Made by a program: the position numbers and the translations under genes. The notes beneath the pieces are model-generated. The model did no database searches. It worked only from the letters and a program-made list of their open reading frames with translations, and was not told where the DNA came from. From contig CAZLRV010000010.1 in NCBI GenBank assembly GCA_964562175.1, positions 1,344 through 65,343 of the forward strand: a stretch of DNA of 64,000 nt, written 5' to 3'. Source of the DNA: an uncultured Lachnospiraceae bacterium. GTDB taxonomy: Bacteria > Bacillota > Clostridia > Oscillospirales > CAG-272. Below are positions 27,529-37,096 of the stretch, piece after piece (the stretch's first letter is position 1; the number at the start of each line of letters is the position of its first letter).

Positions 27529-30500
27529 ATGCCAATGTTAGAGAAATATCGAGATTATTTTGATATCGATCCTGATTATTTTCCTGCCGTAAACGAAGCA
27601 GTTATTACAAAGAATCCGAATGTGTGGAAGAAGTTTTTCCCGCACGAAACCTTTATTAAGCTCATCAAGAACACTGTCAGTGTACTTGAACGCAGACAAA
27701 AACAATGTTTGTGGGTCGAGGGTGCTTATGGTACCGGTAAATCTCATGCGGTTCACACGCTGAAAAAGCTTTTGGATTCGGACGATGCGGACACCCGCGA
27801 GTATTTTAAAAAATATGATCTTGATAATGACCTGCTCAATCGGTTTCAAGCAGTCAAATCCGGCGCTCGCATTCTTACCGTTCACCGCTATGGTTCCGCT
27901 ACCATCCATGGTGATCACAATCTCGTATTCGCAGTTCAGGAAAGCATAGAAAAAGCTCTTATCGATGCCGGCATTGAGAATAAGGGTGGCAACGCTCTGA
28001 AAAATGCCGCAATCGCTTGGCTTTCCGATAAGGATAACAAAAGCTACTTCAACGGACTTATCACCGGCACATATTCAGATATATTCGGCGGAGATAATGT
28101 TGATATGGTTATCGAAAAGCTTCGCACATTTTCCGGCGATGCATTGGCAAAAGCTATGGATAACATCTTCAGAGTCGCTGACGAGCGTCAAATAAAGGCA
28201 TTGTCTTTGAGTGTTACCGACCTCTGTAATTGGATCCGTGAGGTAATAAAAGCCAATAGCCTGAAGGCTATTGTGTTTATCTGGGATGAATTCACCGAGT
28301 ACTTTTATAACAATACTCGTAATCTGACAGGCTTCCAAGAACTGTGCGAAATCAGTGAAACAGATCCCTTCTATTTTGTATTGGTGACACATGTTACGCA
28401 GGGTTTATTCCATGAACACGATCGTGATTTTATTAAGTTGAACGGACGCTTCGTCAGCCCGCATAGCTTAATTAGTCTGCCTGAAAACATTGCATTTCAG
28501 CTCATGGGTGCGGCAATGGAGAAAAACCAAGATCCTGCCGTAGCAGAAGATTGGGAGATCGCCTTGGGAGATTTAACCGACAGGACTCAAAATTCTCGAA
28601 AGCAGGTTAAATCAGTTGCCCGTATTACGGACAAAGAAATGACGGATATTCTCCCGATACACCCCTATGCGGCATTGCTTTTGAAGCATATATCATCTGC
28701 ATTTGATTCCAATCAACGCAGCATGTTCGATTTCATAAAAAATGATCGTGACGACGAGATCAAGGGCTTTCGGTGGTTTATTGACACTTTCGGTCCGGAG
28801 GACGACAATCCTCTGCTTTCCGTCGATATGCTATGGGAATTCTTCTACGACAAGGGCAAAGAATATCTTGCGCATGATATCCGTTCGATTCTTGACTACT
28901 ATAACCGAACCGGTAATCAAAGGTTGGATTCCGACCAAAAGCGCGTGTTAAAGACCGTTCTGCTGTTGCAAGCTATTTCTCAATATGCGGGTGATTCGGT
29001 AGAACTGTTTATTCCCAACGAAAAGAATCTCAATAATGCGTTTGAGGGCACGGATATGGAGGGTTCAGCAGCTCGTTGTGCAGATCAGCTTGTCCGTGAT
29101 AAGATTCTGTTTTCCAAATCTTTGGGCGGTGGCAAATTCCAGTACGCCGCTTATAACAATGAGGGAGAAATTGATGTTACGCCTTTTGAGGAGCAGATCG
29201 ATAAAAAGAGTACATCTGCTTTGATCATTGAAGAACTTGCAGACAGAACCAGAATCGTTGACGCAATTACTTTGGGCGGGGCGTTGAAGCTTCGTTACGA
29301 GCTACGTTATGTATCGTCATCTGATTTTGATTCTGCGATCAAGCAGCTTCGTAATACCGAAGATAAATATGACAACAAAATCGTTGCGGTCGTTTGCTTT
29401 GCAAAGGATGATGCCGAGAGTGTTGTTATTGGCAAAAAGATCAGAGATGCGCTTGCCGATGGTTCCTATCACATGATCTTTATCGATGCATCCCGAACAC
29501 CACTCGGAGCTGATGGATATAGTACATACCGTCATGATATGGCTTTGTCCATGTCTCAGCAAGGCAAAGACGGAGCGCTGGCAACACAGTATGCAAATAA
29601 CGCCAAAGATTCCCTGAAGAAATGGAAAAACAGAATTACAGCCGGCGAATTTATTATTCACACTGCGGATAAACGTGACGGAGAGCGTGCTACCTCTCTC
29701 GATGCGCTGTACACAATTCTTGCCGAAGTGAATAAGAAAAAGTTTCCCGGATGCCTTGAAGGTGCGTACAATGTTATTGCAAATATGTATACGCCGAATA
29801 ATCTTAAGCAGGGTGTTGAGTGTGCATTTAACGAAAAAACCGCAGGTACTTTTCTTTCCGGAAGTCCCGCAACAAAGCTTGAAACCGCACTGGAAGGTGC
29901 ATGGAAGGTAGCAGAATACTGGAAGATAAAGCCACACCTTTTGATTTCCAAAATCAAGCTTTGTGTTGATGAAATTGTAACCGATGGGTTTAACAATGGC
30001 GGTCGTGTATCTATTAAGAAGATCTACGATGTACTGAAAACCGCTCCTTACGGATTTATGCCCTGCAATCTCACTGCATTTATTCTGGGATTTGTTCTCA
30101 AGGAGTATGCGACCGGTACGTACAGTTGGAGCGACGGCTTGACAAATGATGTTCTGAATGTGGTCAAGCTGAAGGAGATGATCGATGAGGTCATCCGACT
30201 TGAGATCACGCCTAATCCTCGCTACAAAGACAAATACATCGTTGCTATGACTCAGGAAGAAAAAGCTTTTAATGAAATTACTTCGACCGCATTCGGGATC
30301 CCTCTCAACATATGTACCTCCGTACCGAACACAAGAGAACGGATTCGCGGAAAAATGAAGGAATACTCATTCCCGATCTGGACAATCAAATATATCTTGG
30401 ATTCGGTCGTAACAAAAACCGATAAAGCCGTATTAAGTGAAATTATAGACCTTTTCTGCGGAATTGCAAATAGCAATAACATGGGATCATCTAAGACCGA

Positions 30501-31731
30501 CAGCGATATAGCCATGTCGATCGGAAAGCTTTCACTCGACAATATTGATGCGGCATCCGATTTGAAGAATATTCTGACAAAAGAAAATTGCACAAATGGC
30601 ATGATACGATACATTGCGTCTTTTGACAATGGGTCGTTGGTTAATTTGTCTGAGGAGATCGGCGACGGTGGTCAATATATCAATGTATTACGCAAGAAAT
30701 TTGATGCGGATGCCGCGACTTGGGTGTGGAATGTCGAAACCGTGCAGCAGAAGATTTGCGAGGTGATATTAGAATATGCTACTATTGTCGAGAGCAATAA
30801 AGTTATCTCCAAGAACATCTCCTATGATGCAACTATTAGAGAATGGTGTGATAAATGTGGATATATTCGCATTTCTTATGCCGCCGCAAAAAACTATCTG
30901 GATGAGCTTGGTCCTTTCCTGAGCCTTCTGCATAGCATGAAAAAAACCGGAACTTTGCCGGATTCTCAGAAAAAAGCCTTTTTGGAGTTGCTTGAAGCAA
31001 ACGCCGAGTTATTCCGTGACTTTTACAATAATCAAGTCAAAATGTTTAAGCGAGTGTGCGGATATTATTTGGACAAGCTATCCGACGAAGAAATAAAAGA
31101 AGTTTTCAGCACAATTCCCTCCGGCTCCTTTACTTACGAAAAAGCTGACTACCTAAACACCGTTGAAAGTAAAGTGAAGTCCTACAAGGAGGGACGAAAG
31201 AGCACGAAGCTGAAGAAGTTCTGGAAGGATAAGACAGGCACCGATTCGCCGCGTGAATGGTCCGAAAAGCATGAAATGCCGATACTTTGTTTAATTCCCG
31301 ACGATGAAGTAGCAAAAGCAAGAACGGCTTTCGGTGCAGTTAACCGTACAAAGCCTGACGAGGCATCCATAGACAAAGCAAATGAGTATTTTGCTTCCGC
31401 AAAATTCTTCGACTTGCTTGATGATGAAGCAGCACTCGACAGAGCGTTCAGAAACGGTGTCATAAAGAACTACTCGGTTATGCTTACAGACATACCGGCT
31501 GTAAAGGAATATCTTAATTCTCACATTGAAGCGGAGCCTTTTGATTGGTTCGGTCTTCCGGAAATCGAAAAGAAATTACACATGATGGCAGAAGCCAACT
31601 ACAATCAAGGCGGTTGCGAGCGTGCATTGGCAAAAATCGATGAAATGGATATTGCCGATGTTAAGAAATATCTAAAGGATTTGATCAAGGATAATATGAT
31701 CGTCGGCATGGAGATCATCAAAGAAAACTAA
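27529..31731 (+). CDS. brxC: BREX P-loop ATPase BrxC/PglY-like
   Basis: 1400 aa. Walker A EGAYGTGKSH near residue 65 and Walker B VFIWDEF. Positioned between brxP and pglZ. Confidence 0.75.
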   Translation: MPMLEKYRDYFDIDPDYFPAVNEAVITKNPNVWKKFFPHETFIKLIKNTVSVLERRQKQCLWVEGAYGTGKSHAVHTLKKLLDSDDADTREYFKKYDLDNDLLNRFQAVKSGARILTVHRYGSATIHGDHNLVFAVQESIEKALIDAGIENKGGNALKNAAIAWLSDKDNKSYFNGLITGTYSDIFGGDNVDMVIEKLRTFSGDALAKAMDNIFRVADERQIKALSLSVTDLCNWIREVIKANSLKAIVFIWDEFTEYFYNNTRNLTGFQELCEISETDPFYFVLVTHVTQGLFHEHDRDFIKLNGRFVSPHSLISLPENIAFQLMGAAMEKNQDPAVAEDWEIALGDLTDRTQNSRKQVKSVARITDKEMTDILPIHPYAALLLKHISSAFDSNQRSMFDFIKNDRDDEIKGFRWFIDTFGPEDDNPLLSVDMLWEFFYDKGKEYLAHDIRSILDYYNRTGNQRLDSDQKRVLKTVLLLQAISQYAGDSVELFIPNEKNLNNAFEGTDMEGSAARCADQLVRDKILFSKSLGGGKFQYAAYNNEGEIDVTPFEEQIDKKSTSALIIEELADRTRIVDAITLGGALKLRYELRYVSSSDFDSAIKQLRNTEDKYDNKIVAVVCFAKDDAESVVIGKKIRDALADGSYHMIFIDASRTPLGADGYSTYRHDMALSMSQQGKDGALATQYANNAKDSLKKWKNRITAGEFIIHTADKRDGERATSLDALYTILAEVNKKKFPGCLEGAYNVIANMYTPNNLKQGVECAFNEKTAGTFLSGSPATKLETALEGAWKVAEYWKIKPHLLISKIKLCVDEIVTDGFNNGGRVSIKKIYDVLKTAPYGFMPCNLTAFILGFVLKEYATGTYSWSDGLTNDVLNVVKLKEMIDEVIRLEITPNPRYKDKYIVAMTQEEKAFNEITSTAFGIPLNICTSVPNTRERIRGKMKEYSFPIWTIKYILDSVVTKTDKAVLSEIIDLFCGIANSNNMGSSKTDSDIAMSIGKLSLDNIDAASDLKNILTKENCTNGMIRYIASFDNGSLVNLSEEIGDGGQYINVLRKKFDADAATWVWNVETVQQKICEVILEYATIVESNKVISKNISYDATIREWCDKCGYIRISYAAAKNYLDELGPFLSLLHSMKKTGTLPDSQKKAFLELLEANAELFRDFYNNQVKMFKRVCGYYLDKLSDEEIKEVFSTIPSGSFTYEKADYLNTVESKVKSYKEGRKSTKLKKFWKDKTGTDSPREWSEKHEMPILCLIPDDEVAKARTAFGAVNRTKPDEASIDKANEYFASAKFFDLLDDEAALDRAFRNGVIKNYSVMLTDIPAVKEYLNSHIEAEPFDWFGLPEIEKKLHMMAEANYNQGGCERALAKIDEMDIADVKKYLKDLIKDNMIVGMEIIKEN

Positions 31732-31742
31732 GGAGGTACGAT

Positions 31743-34073
31743 ATGACCACCGATGAAGTTATAAAAAAGATAGATCGCTATCTGAGGAAGGATGATGTCG
31801 GATCTATTATAGTTGATGTACAAAACAAGACCGATATGGAGATAATTGTTACTCATTATCAATTACCTCAATACACCTTCATATATGCATCAGATCCTGA
31901 AATCTGTAATTATGACGAGTTCCCGACAATTGATAGGCTTCTTGAAAGAATTGCTAATGAGACTGACAGCTTTTTCATTAAAGAGCTTTCTACCTTTTAT
32001 ATGCTGAAAGGTGAAAAAGAGCTGTCTCGGGAATTAAAGGAGCTTCTGTCTATGAATATCGCCGGTCATGTTGTATTTCTTACTTATCAATGCAAAAATT
32101 ATCTTCAAGCACTTATCAAAAGCGATAAACGTCTGCAGGGACGAGTTTGTATTATTGACGGACAACAGTGTCTACGTCCAAAGCTTGTATTTACGATTGG
32201 CGGAGTTCGATCTTTGGGCAACGGCAAGACGGTCAAGGGGTTGCATAGCCTTGCCGGTGCCATTGAATGCGAGTCGGCAGACACGATCTATGTTGAAACA
32301 AAAAAGCTCAAGGCAAATTTTCCTTTATCACTATACACTGTTTTTGAACGACACAGTCCTTATGATATCTTGTGTGATTTAGACGAATTAACTTCCGTTC
32401 TTGACCGTAATGCCGGTTCGGAGGAAGAATGGGAGTACGCTCTTGCTGAGTTTCAGACATTTCACTCATGGAGTGATTTTCTAACTGACAAGTTTGGAAG
32501 CGTTCAAAGCCTTGGCAGTGCCATTTCAAACTATAAATTAAATTCTAACGATAAAACTTGGTGTTGGCTTTACTTTATTGGCTTGAAATTATTTGGCGCG
32601 ACTAATGACCGATACATGAACAACGCAGTATCTAAGGCTTTGTCGCCTTCTGATTTTGTACGTGGCATATATCGAGGCATTTTAGAATTAGAGATAAACG
32701 ACGATTCGTTTGAGACAGTATACGAAAGAAGAAAGGCATTATTGAATGCACTGGGTAATCCGATAAACGAGACCATCGATTTTTGCAAAATTGTACTCAG
32801 CAAAGGAAAGAATGCAATATGTTATCTTACTGACAATTCCATTCAGGAGAAGGAACTCGTATTTGAACTGCTTGAAAAATATGGAACGGATTATACAAAA
32901 GCAGAAATCCTCTCAATATTGAGGAAAGTATATCCGGCATTGTATTCATATTTACAGCCGTTTAGATTTAAAAATGAGCTTTTGGATGGTTATTTTCAGG
33001 ACTATAAGTATCAGAAGGTGATTAACAAAATCTTTCCGGAGTTTATGGCACTCGTTGAACAACAAGCAGTTACCAGGGACTACAATGTACTGCTTCCGCC
33101 TCGAAGTGCGTTGGTGGAAAATATTGACACAGCAAATACACAAACATATTTTACCGATGCAATGGGTGTGGAATTTCTTGGATTTATCATGGATAAATGC
33201 AAAGAACTGCAGCTAATGGCTAAGGTATCTGTGTGTAGAAGTGAATTACCGTCGATTACAAGCCGCAATAAGGATTTTTGGGAGGAGCTTTCCAACGCAA
33301 GTTATCCGATCATCACTGTTGATAAGCTTGATAAGATCAAACATCACGGAGAAGATGGATTTGACTACAGTCGCAAAGACAGAAAACTTCCGATCCATTT
33401 GATAAGAGAGCTTGAAATAATTGACGATCTTCTCAAAAAAATTAAGTCAGACCTTGCATCGGGTAAGTATGCTAAAGGGATACTCATCTCAGATCATGGA
33501 GCGAGCAGGCTCGCAGTGATCCACGAAACCGAAAATCTTTGGGAGATGGGCTCCGCCGGAAAACATTCCGGAAGATGTTGTCCCAAAAGCGAGATCGACA
33601 CAAGACCGAATAGTGCTGCCGATGCGGATGATTTCTGGGCATTGGCAAACTATGATCGTTTTAAAGGCAGTAGGAAAGCAAACGTTGAGGTTCACGGTGG
33701 TGCGACCTTAGAGGAAGTCGTAGTTCCGATCATTGAAATCACATACTTGAACAATTCCATTGAGGTTAAACTAATGCCGCTTGATGCTCCGGCAAGTTTC
33801 GTTGGAGCGCCGAAAATCAGCGTAAGTTTCCGAAAAAAGGCAGCCATTAAGATTTTCGCTACACGTAAATTGATGGATGTGTGCATTGAGATCGATGGTC
33901 ATACATATGATGCCGAGCCTATAGACGATAATTTCTATGTAGTAAAGGAAATGCCGGAGATCCGCAAAGCAAAGCAATATGCTGTTGATGTATACGCTTG
34001 CGGAAACAAGATTGCCGATTCTTTACCGCTGGTCGTTGAGAAAGAAAGCGGAAGCGAAAACAGCATACTCTAA
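31743..34073 (+). CDS. pglZ: PglZ domain (alkaline-phosphatase superfamily) protein
   Basis: Hallmarks of the PglZ domain: YFTDAMGVEFLG ... ILISDHGASRL ... HGGATLEEVVVPII. AGGAGG RBS. Confidence 0.85.
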   Translation: MTTDEVIKKIDRYLRKDDVGSIIVDVQNKTDMEIIVTHYQLPQYTFIYASDPEICNYDEFPTIDRLLERIANETDSFFIKELSTFYMLKGEKELSRELKELLSMNIAGHVVFLTYQCKNYLQALIKSDKRLQGRVCIIDGQQCLRPKLVFTIGGVRSLGNGKTVKGLHSLAGAIECESADTIYVETKKLKANFPLSLYTVFERHSPYDILCDLDELTSVLDRNAGSEEEWEYALAEFQTFHSWSDFLTDKFGSVQSLGSAISNYKLNSNDKTWCWLYFIGLKLFGATNDRYMNNAVSKALSPSDFVRGIYRGILELEINDDSFETVYERRKALLNALGNPINETIDFCKIVLSKGKNAICYLTDNSIQEKELVFELLEKYGTDYTKAEILSILRKVYPALYSYLQPFRFKNELLDGYFQDYKYQKVINKIFPEFMALVEQQAVTRDYNVLLPPRSALVENIDTANTQTYFTDAMGVEFLGFIMDKCKELQLMAKVSVCRSELPSITSRNKDFWEELSNASYPIITVDKLDKIKHHGEDGFDYSRKDRKLPIHLIRELEIIDDLLKKIKSDLASGKYAKGILISDHGASRLAVIHETENLWEMGSAGKHSGRCCPKSEIDTRPNSAADADDFWALANYDRFKGSRKANVEVHGGATLEEVVVPIIEITYLNNSIEVKLMPLDAPASFVGAPKISVSFRKKAAIKIFATRKLMDVCIEIDGHTYDAEPIDDNFYVVKEMPEIRKAKQYAVDVYACGNKIADSLPLVVEKESGSENSIL

Positions 34074-34085
34074 GGAGGAATAGCC

Positions 34086-35537
34086 GTGATTGAAAAATTG
34101 AGAAATTGTTTTGATGATATGGTTGTCTACAAAGACTTAAAGAAAAGTAATTTTTTCTCGGCTTTAGGACTGCCTTCGTTTTTGAGAGATTGGTTGATAA
34201 AGAAATTTTCCGATGATGATGGCAATCTTGACGTTGAGAAGCTTACCGACTTTATCCGTACATATCTTCCGAATAAGGAAGAATGGATAAGTATTAAAGA
34301 CAGGATCATCAACGACAACGAGAGGGTGAAGCTTCTCACAAGAATATCTGTTGATATTAGCATTAAAACGGGTGAAGTCGCATTTTCACTTCCCAATTTT
34401 GGGCTGACAAACAAGGAAACAATGATTGACAATTCCACCTGGGAGCAATATAGAGGTGAGCTTGCAAGCGGTCAAGAAATATGGGGAGTTATTGAGTTGG
34501 GTTATCGTCCGCCCGATGATACGGTGAAGCCTAAGATCCCGGGCAAGATCAAGCTTATCGGATTTACCAATTTTTGCCCATACACAATTGATTTAGACTA
34601 CTATAAAGATGTCCGAAATGAATTTACCACTTCCGAGTGGATCGATGTGCTTCTCGGTGCAATTGATTACAATGCATCGGGGTATGAAAACGAAGAACAA
34701 AAGCTTGCTATGCTGACGAGAATTCTGCCCTTTGCCGAGAAACGCCTTAACCTAATAGAGCTTGCACCCAAAGGAACGGGAAAATCCTATGTTTTCGGTC
34801 ATGTTAGTAAATACGGACTCCTCACCGACGGAGGAAAAGTAACACGTGCAAAAATGTTCTATGATGTTGCGCGAAAAACTCCCGGCTTTATTTCCGGGAA
34901 CGATTTTGTTGCCATTGACGAGGTGAAACTTGTTCAATTTGGCGATGTCAATGAGATGCGCTCCATTATGCAAGGATATATGGAGTACGGTCAATTCAAC
35001 ATTGGAGGATATGAAGGAAAATCTGATGCAGGTGTAATATTCCTCGGCAATATTGCTCAGGATAATATGGATGAGTACCGGAATATGTTCTCGGAGCTTC
35101 CTCCCCTATTTCAGGAAAGTGCATTGGTAGATAGAATACACGGCTTTATAAAAGGCTGGGATATTCCCAGGATGAACGATGATCTCAAGCTCTCCGGCTG
35201 GGCGTTAAATTCGGAATATTTTTGCACGATCCTGCATGAGCTACGTAGCGATATTTCTTACCGAACTATTGTTGATAGGGTGATTGAAGTCCCCGACAAG
35301 GCAGATACTCGTGATACCGAGGCGATAAAAAGAATCGCCACTGGTTATTTAAAGCTTTTGTTTCCCAATGTGAGAAGCGTGTACGATATAAAACCCAAAA
35401 CATTCCAACAATATTGCCTTCGTCCGGCGGTGCGTATGAGAAAGATCATTAAAAGGCAGCTTGGTATTTTGGACAAAGAATTCAAAGGTAAGGATGTTCC
35501 ATCTTTCGCGTTAAAGGAGATAACGGATGAAGAGTAA
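34086..35537 (+). CDS. brxL: BrxL-like AAA+ ATPase lacking the C-terminal Lon-protease domain
   Basis: Collinear with the BrxL N-terminal and ATPase regions (EWIDVLLGAIDY, ELAPKGTGKSYVF, VAIDEV, DRIHGFIKGWDIPRM), but it ends at 483 aa. GTG start after AGGAGG. Confidence 0.8.
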   Translation: MIEKLRNCFDDMVVYKDLKKSNFFSALGLPSFLRDWLIKKFSDDDGNLDVEKLTDFIRTYLPNKEEWISIKDRIINDNERVKLLTRISVDISIKTGEVAFSLPNFGLTNKETMIDNSTWEQYRGELASGQEIWGVIELGYRPPDDTVKPKIPGKIKLIGFTNFCPYTIDLDYYKDVRNEFTTSEWIDVLLGAIDYNASGYENEEQKLAMLTRILPFAEKRLNLIELAPKGTGKSYVFGHVSKYGLLTDGGKVTRAKMFYDVARKTPGFISGNDFVAIDEVKLVQFGDVNEMRSIMQGYMEYGQFNIGGYEGKSDAGVIFLGNIAQDNMDEYRNMFSELPPLFQESALVDRIHGFIKGWDIPRMNDDLKLSGWALNSEYFCTILHELRSDISYRTIVDRVIEVPDKADTRDTEAIKRIATGYLKLLFPNVRSVYDIKPKTFQQYCLRPAVRMRKIIKRQLGILDKEFKGKDVPSFALKEITDEE

Positions 35538-35724
35538 CTGCGTCATATGCGGAAAAGATCGCCTTAGTAAAGACACCATCGGCATTAACAGGAAATTGTT
35601 AGGAGAAGATATAGATAACTTTTACTGCCTTGACTGTCTTGCAGAGTATCTCGGTTGTACAGTCGATGAACTCCTTGATAAGATCGAGGAGTTCAAAGAA
35701 GAGGGCTGTAAGCTGTTTGCCTGA
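35527..35724 (+). CDS. 65-aa zinc-ribbon protein (CxxC ... CxxC)
   Basis: CVICGKD ... CLDCLAEY. The ATG overlaps the brxL stop by 11 nt, with an AAGGAG RBS inside brxL. Confidence 0.6.
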   Translation: MKSNCVICGKDRLSKDTIGINRKLLGEDIDNFYCLDCLAEYLGCTVDELLDKIEEFKEEGCKLFA

Positions 35725-35738
35725 TCATAAAGAGAAAA

Positions 35739-36863
35739 ATGAAAAGTATTGTTTATGCCGATAATGCGGCAACCACAAAATTGGATATTGATGCATTTGA
35801 GGCGATGAGGCCATACTTATTGGAAGAATACGGCAATGCTTCTCAGCCATACTCGTTTGCCCGAACAGCAAAAAATGCCTTGAAAGAATCCAGAGAAATC
35901 ATTGCGCAATGCATTGGAGCCGCTCCGGAAGAAATATACTTTACTTCAGGCGGAACGGAAAGCGATAATTGGGCAATCAAGGGTAGTGCTTTTTCCGACC
36001 CCTCGAAACGTGCGACGATCACATCAACAATTGAGCATCATGCAATTCTGAATGCCTGTGCAGACATTGAAAGATTAGGATATCCTGTAAGCTATTTGCC
36101 GGTAGATTCTTATGGTAAAGTTTCGCCTCAAGCACTTTCCGAATGGATTACCGACAATACAAGATTGGTATCGATTATGTTTGCAAACAATGAAATAGGA
36201 ACGATCCAAGAAATTCAAAAATTATGTAGCATTACACATTCGATGGGAGCAATCTTCCATACCGATGCAGTACAAGCCGTAGGTCATACCGATATCGATG
36301 TGAAATCACTTGGGATCGATATGCTGTCCGCATCCGCTCATAAGTTTAACGGTCCTAAAGGCATTGGTTTTCTGTATATACGGAGCGGAACGAAAATCAC
36401 TTCCTATATCAGCGGTGGCAAACAAGAATTTGGCATGAGGGCGGGGACGGAGAATGTAGCATCAATTGTTGGTATGGCGGTTGCTCTTGAGAAGAATCTG
36501 CGGTTTTTGAACGAGAACACGGCTCACATAAAAAAGCTTGAGAAAGATCTAATCGATGGATTACGCATGAAAAAGATTGATTTTGTACGAAATGGCGGTG
36601 ATATTGGAATCCCGGGCAATATAAGCTTATCGTTTGGCGGTTATGAGGGAGAAGCGTTATTGCACCGGCTCGATCTTATGGGAATTTCCGTATCGACCGG
36701 TTCTGCTTGCGACAGTCATAATACTCGGATATCCCATGTCCTTAGGGAAATTGGGCTTAGTAATATATTGGCTAAAGGAACAATTAGAATTTCCCTCGGC
36801 AAATCTAATACCGAGGATGACATAAAAGCGATCTTATCGGCACTCTCAAAAATCGTTACCTAA
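35739..36863 (+). CDS. cysteine desulfurase, class V aminotransferase (NifS/IscS/DndA/SspA-like)
   Basis: PLP lysine motif SASAHKFNGPKGIGFLY and catalytic loop STGSACDS. Size 374 aa. Confidence 0.88.
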   Translation: MKSIVYADNAATTKLDIDAFEAMRPYLLEEYGNASQPYSFARTAKNALKESREIIAQCIGAAPEEIYFTSGGTESDNWAIKGSAFSDPSKRATITSTIEHHAILNACADIERLGYPVSYLPVDSYGKVSPQALSEWITDNTRLVSIMFANNEIGTIQEIQKLCSITHSMGAIFHTDAVQAVGHTDIDVKSLGIDMLSASAHKFNGPKGIGFLYIRSGTKITSYISGGKQEFGMRAGTENVASIVGMAVALEKNLRFLNENTAHIKKLEKDLIDGLRMKKIDFVRNGGDIGIPGNISLSFGGYEGEALLHRLDLMGISVSTGSACDSHNTRISHVLREIGLSNILAKGTIRISLGKSNTEDDIKAILSALSKIVT

Positions 36864-36891
36864 TGGCGGCATATCGGCAGGAAAGCATATT

Positions 36892-37056
36892 ATGACCGTT
36901 TTTACGACCCGTCAAACGAAATACGCAGGTCAACTCAACTTTTACCTGTCTGCGGTAGATGACAATTTGAAAAAGAATGGAGAGGCTCCTTGCATCTGTC
37001 TTTGCTTTGTAAAATGTCTTACGGTAAATTGTTTGTGCTTATATGGAATAGTTTGA
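36892..37056 (+). pseudogene. C-terminal remnant of a YhcG/DUF1016-type PDDEXK nuclease gene
   Basis: Hand translation gives ...KYAGQLNFYLSAVDDNLKKNGEAPCICLCFVK..., matching the conserved G-x-x-NFYLSAVDD...P-x-IG-LLLCK end of this family. Only about 54 codons are present. Confidence 0.5.
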
Positions 37057-37096
37057 ACAGCAATAAAACTCCTTGATTGACATATTATTTTTCAAA

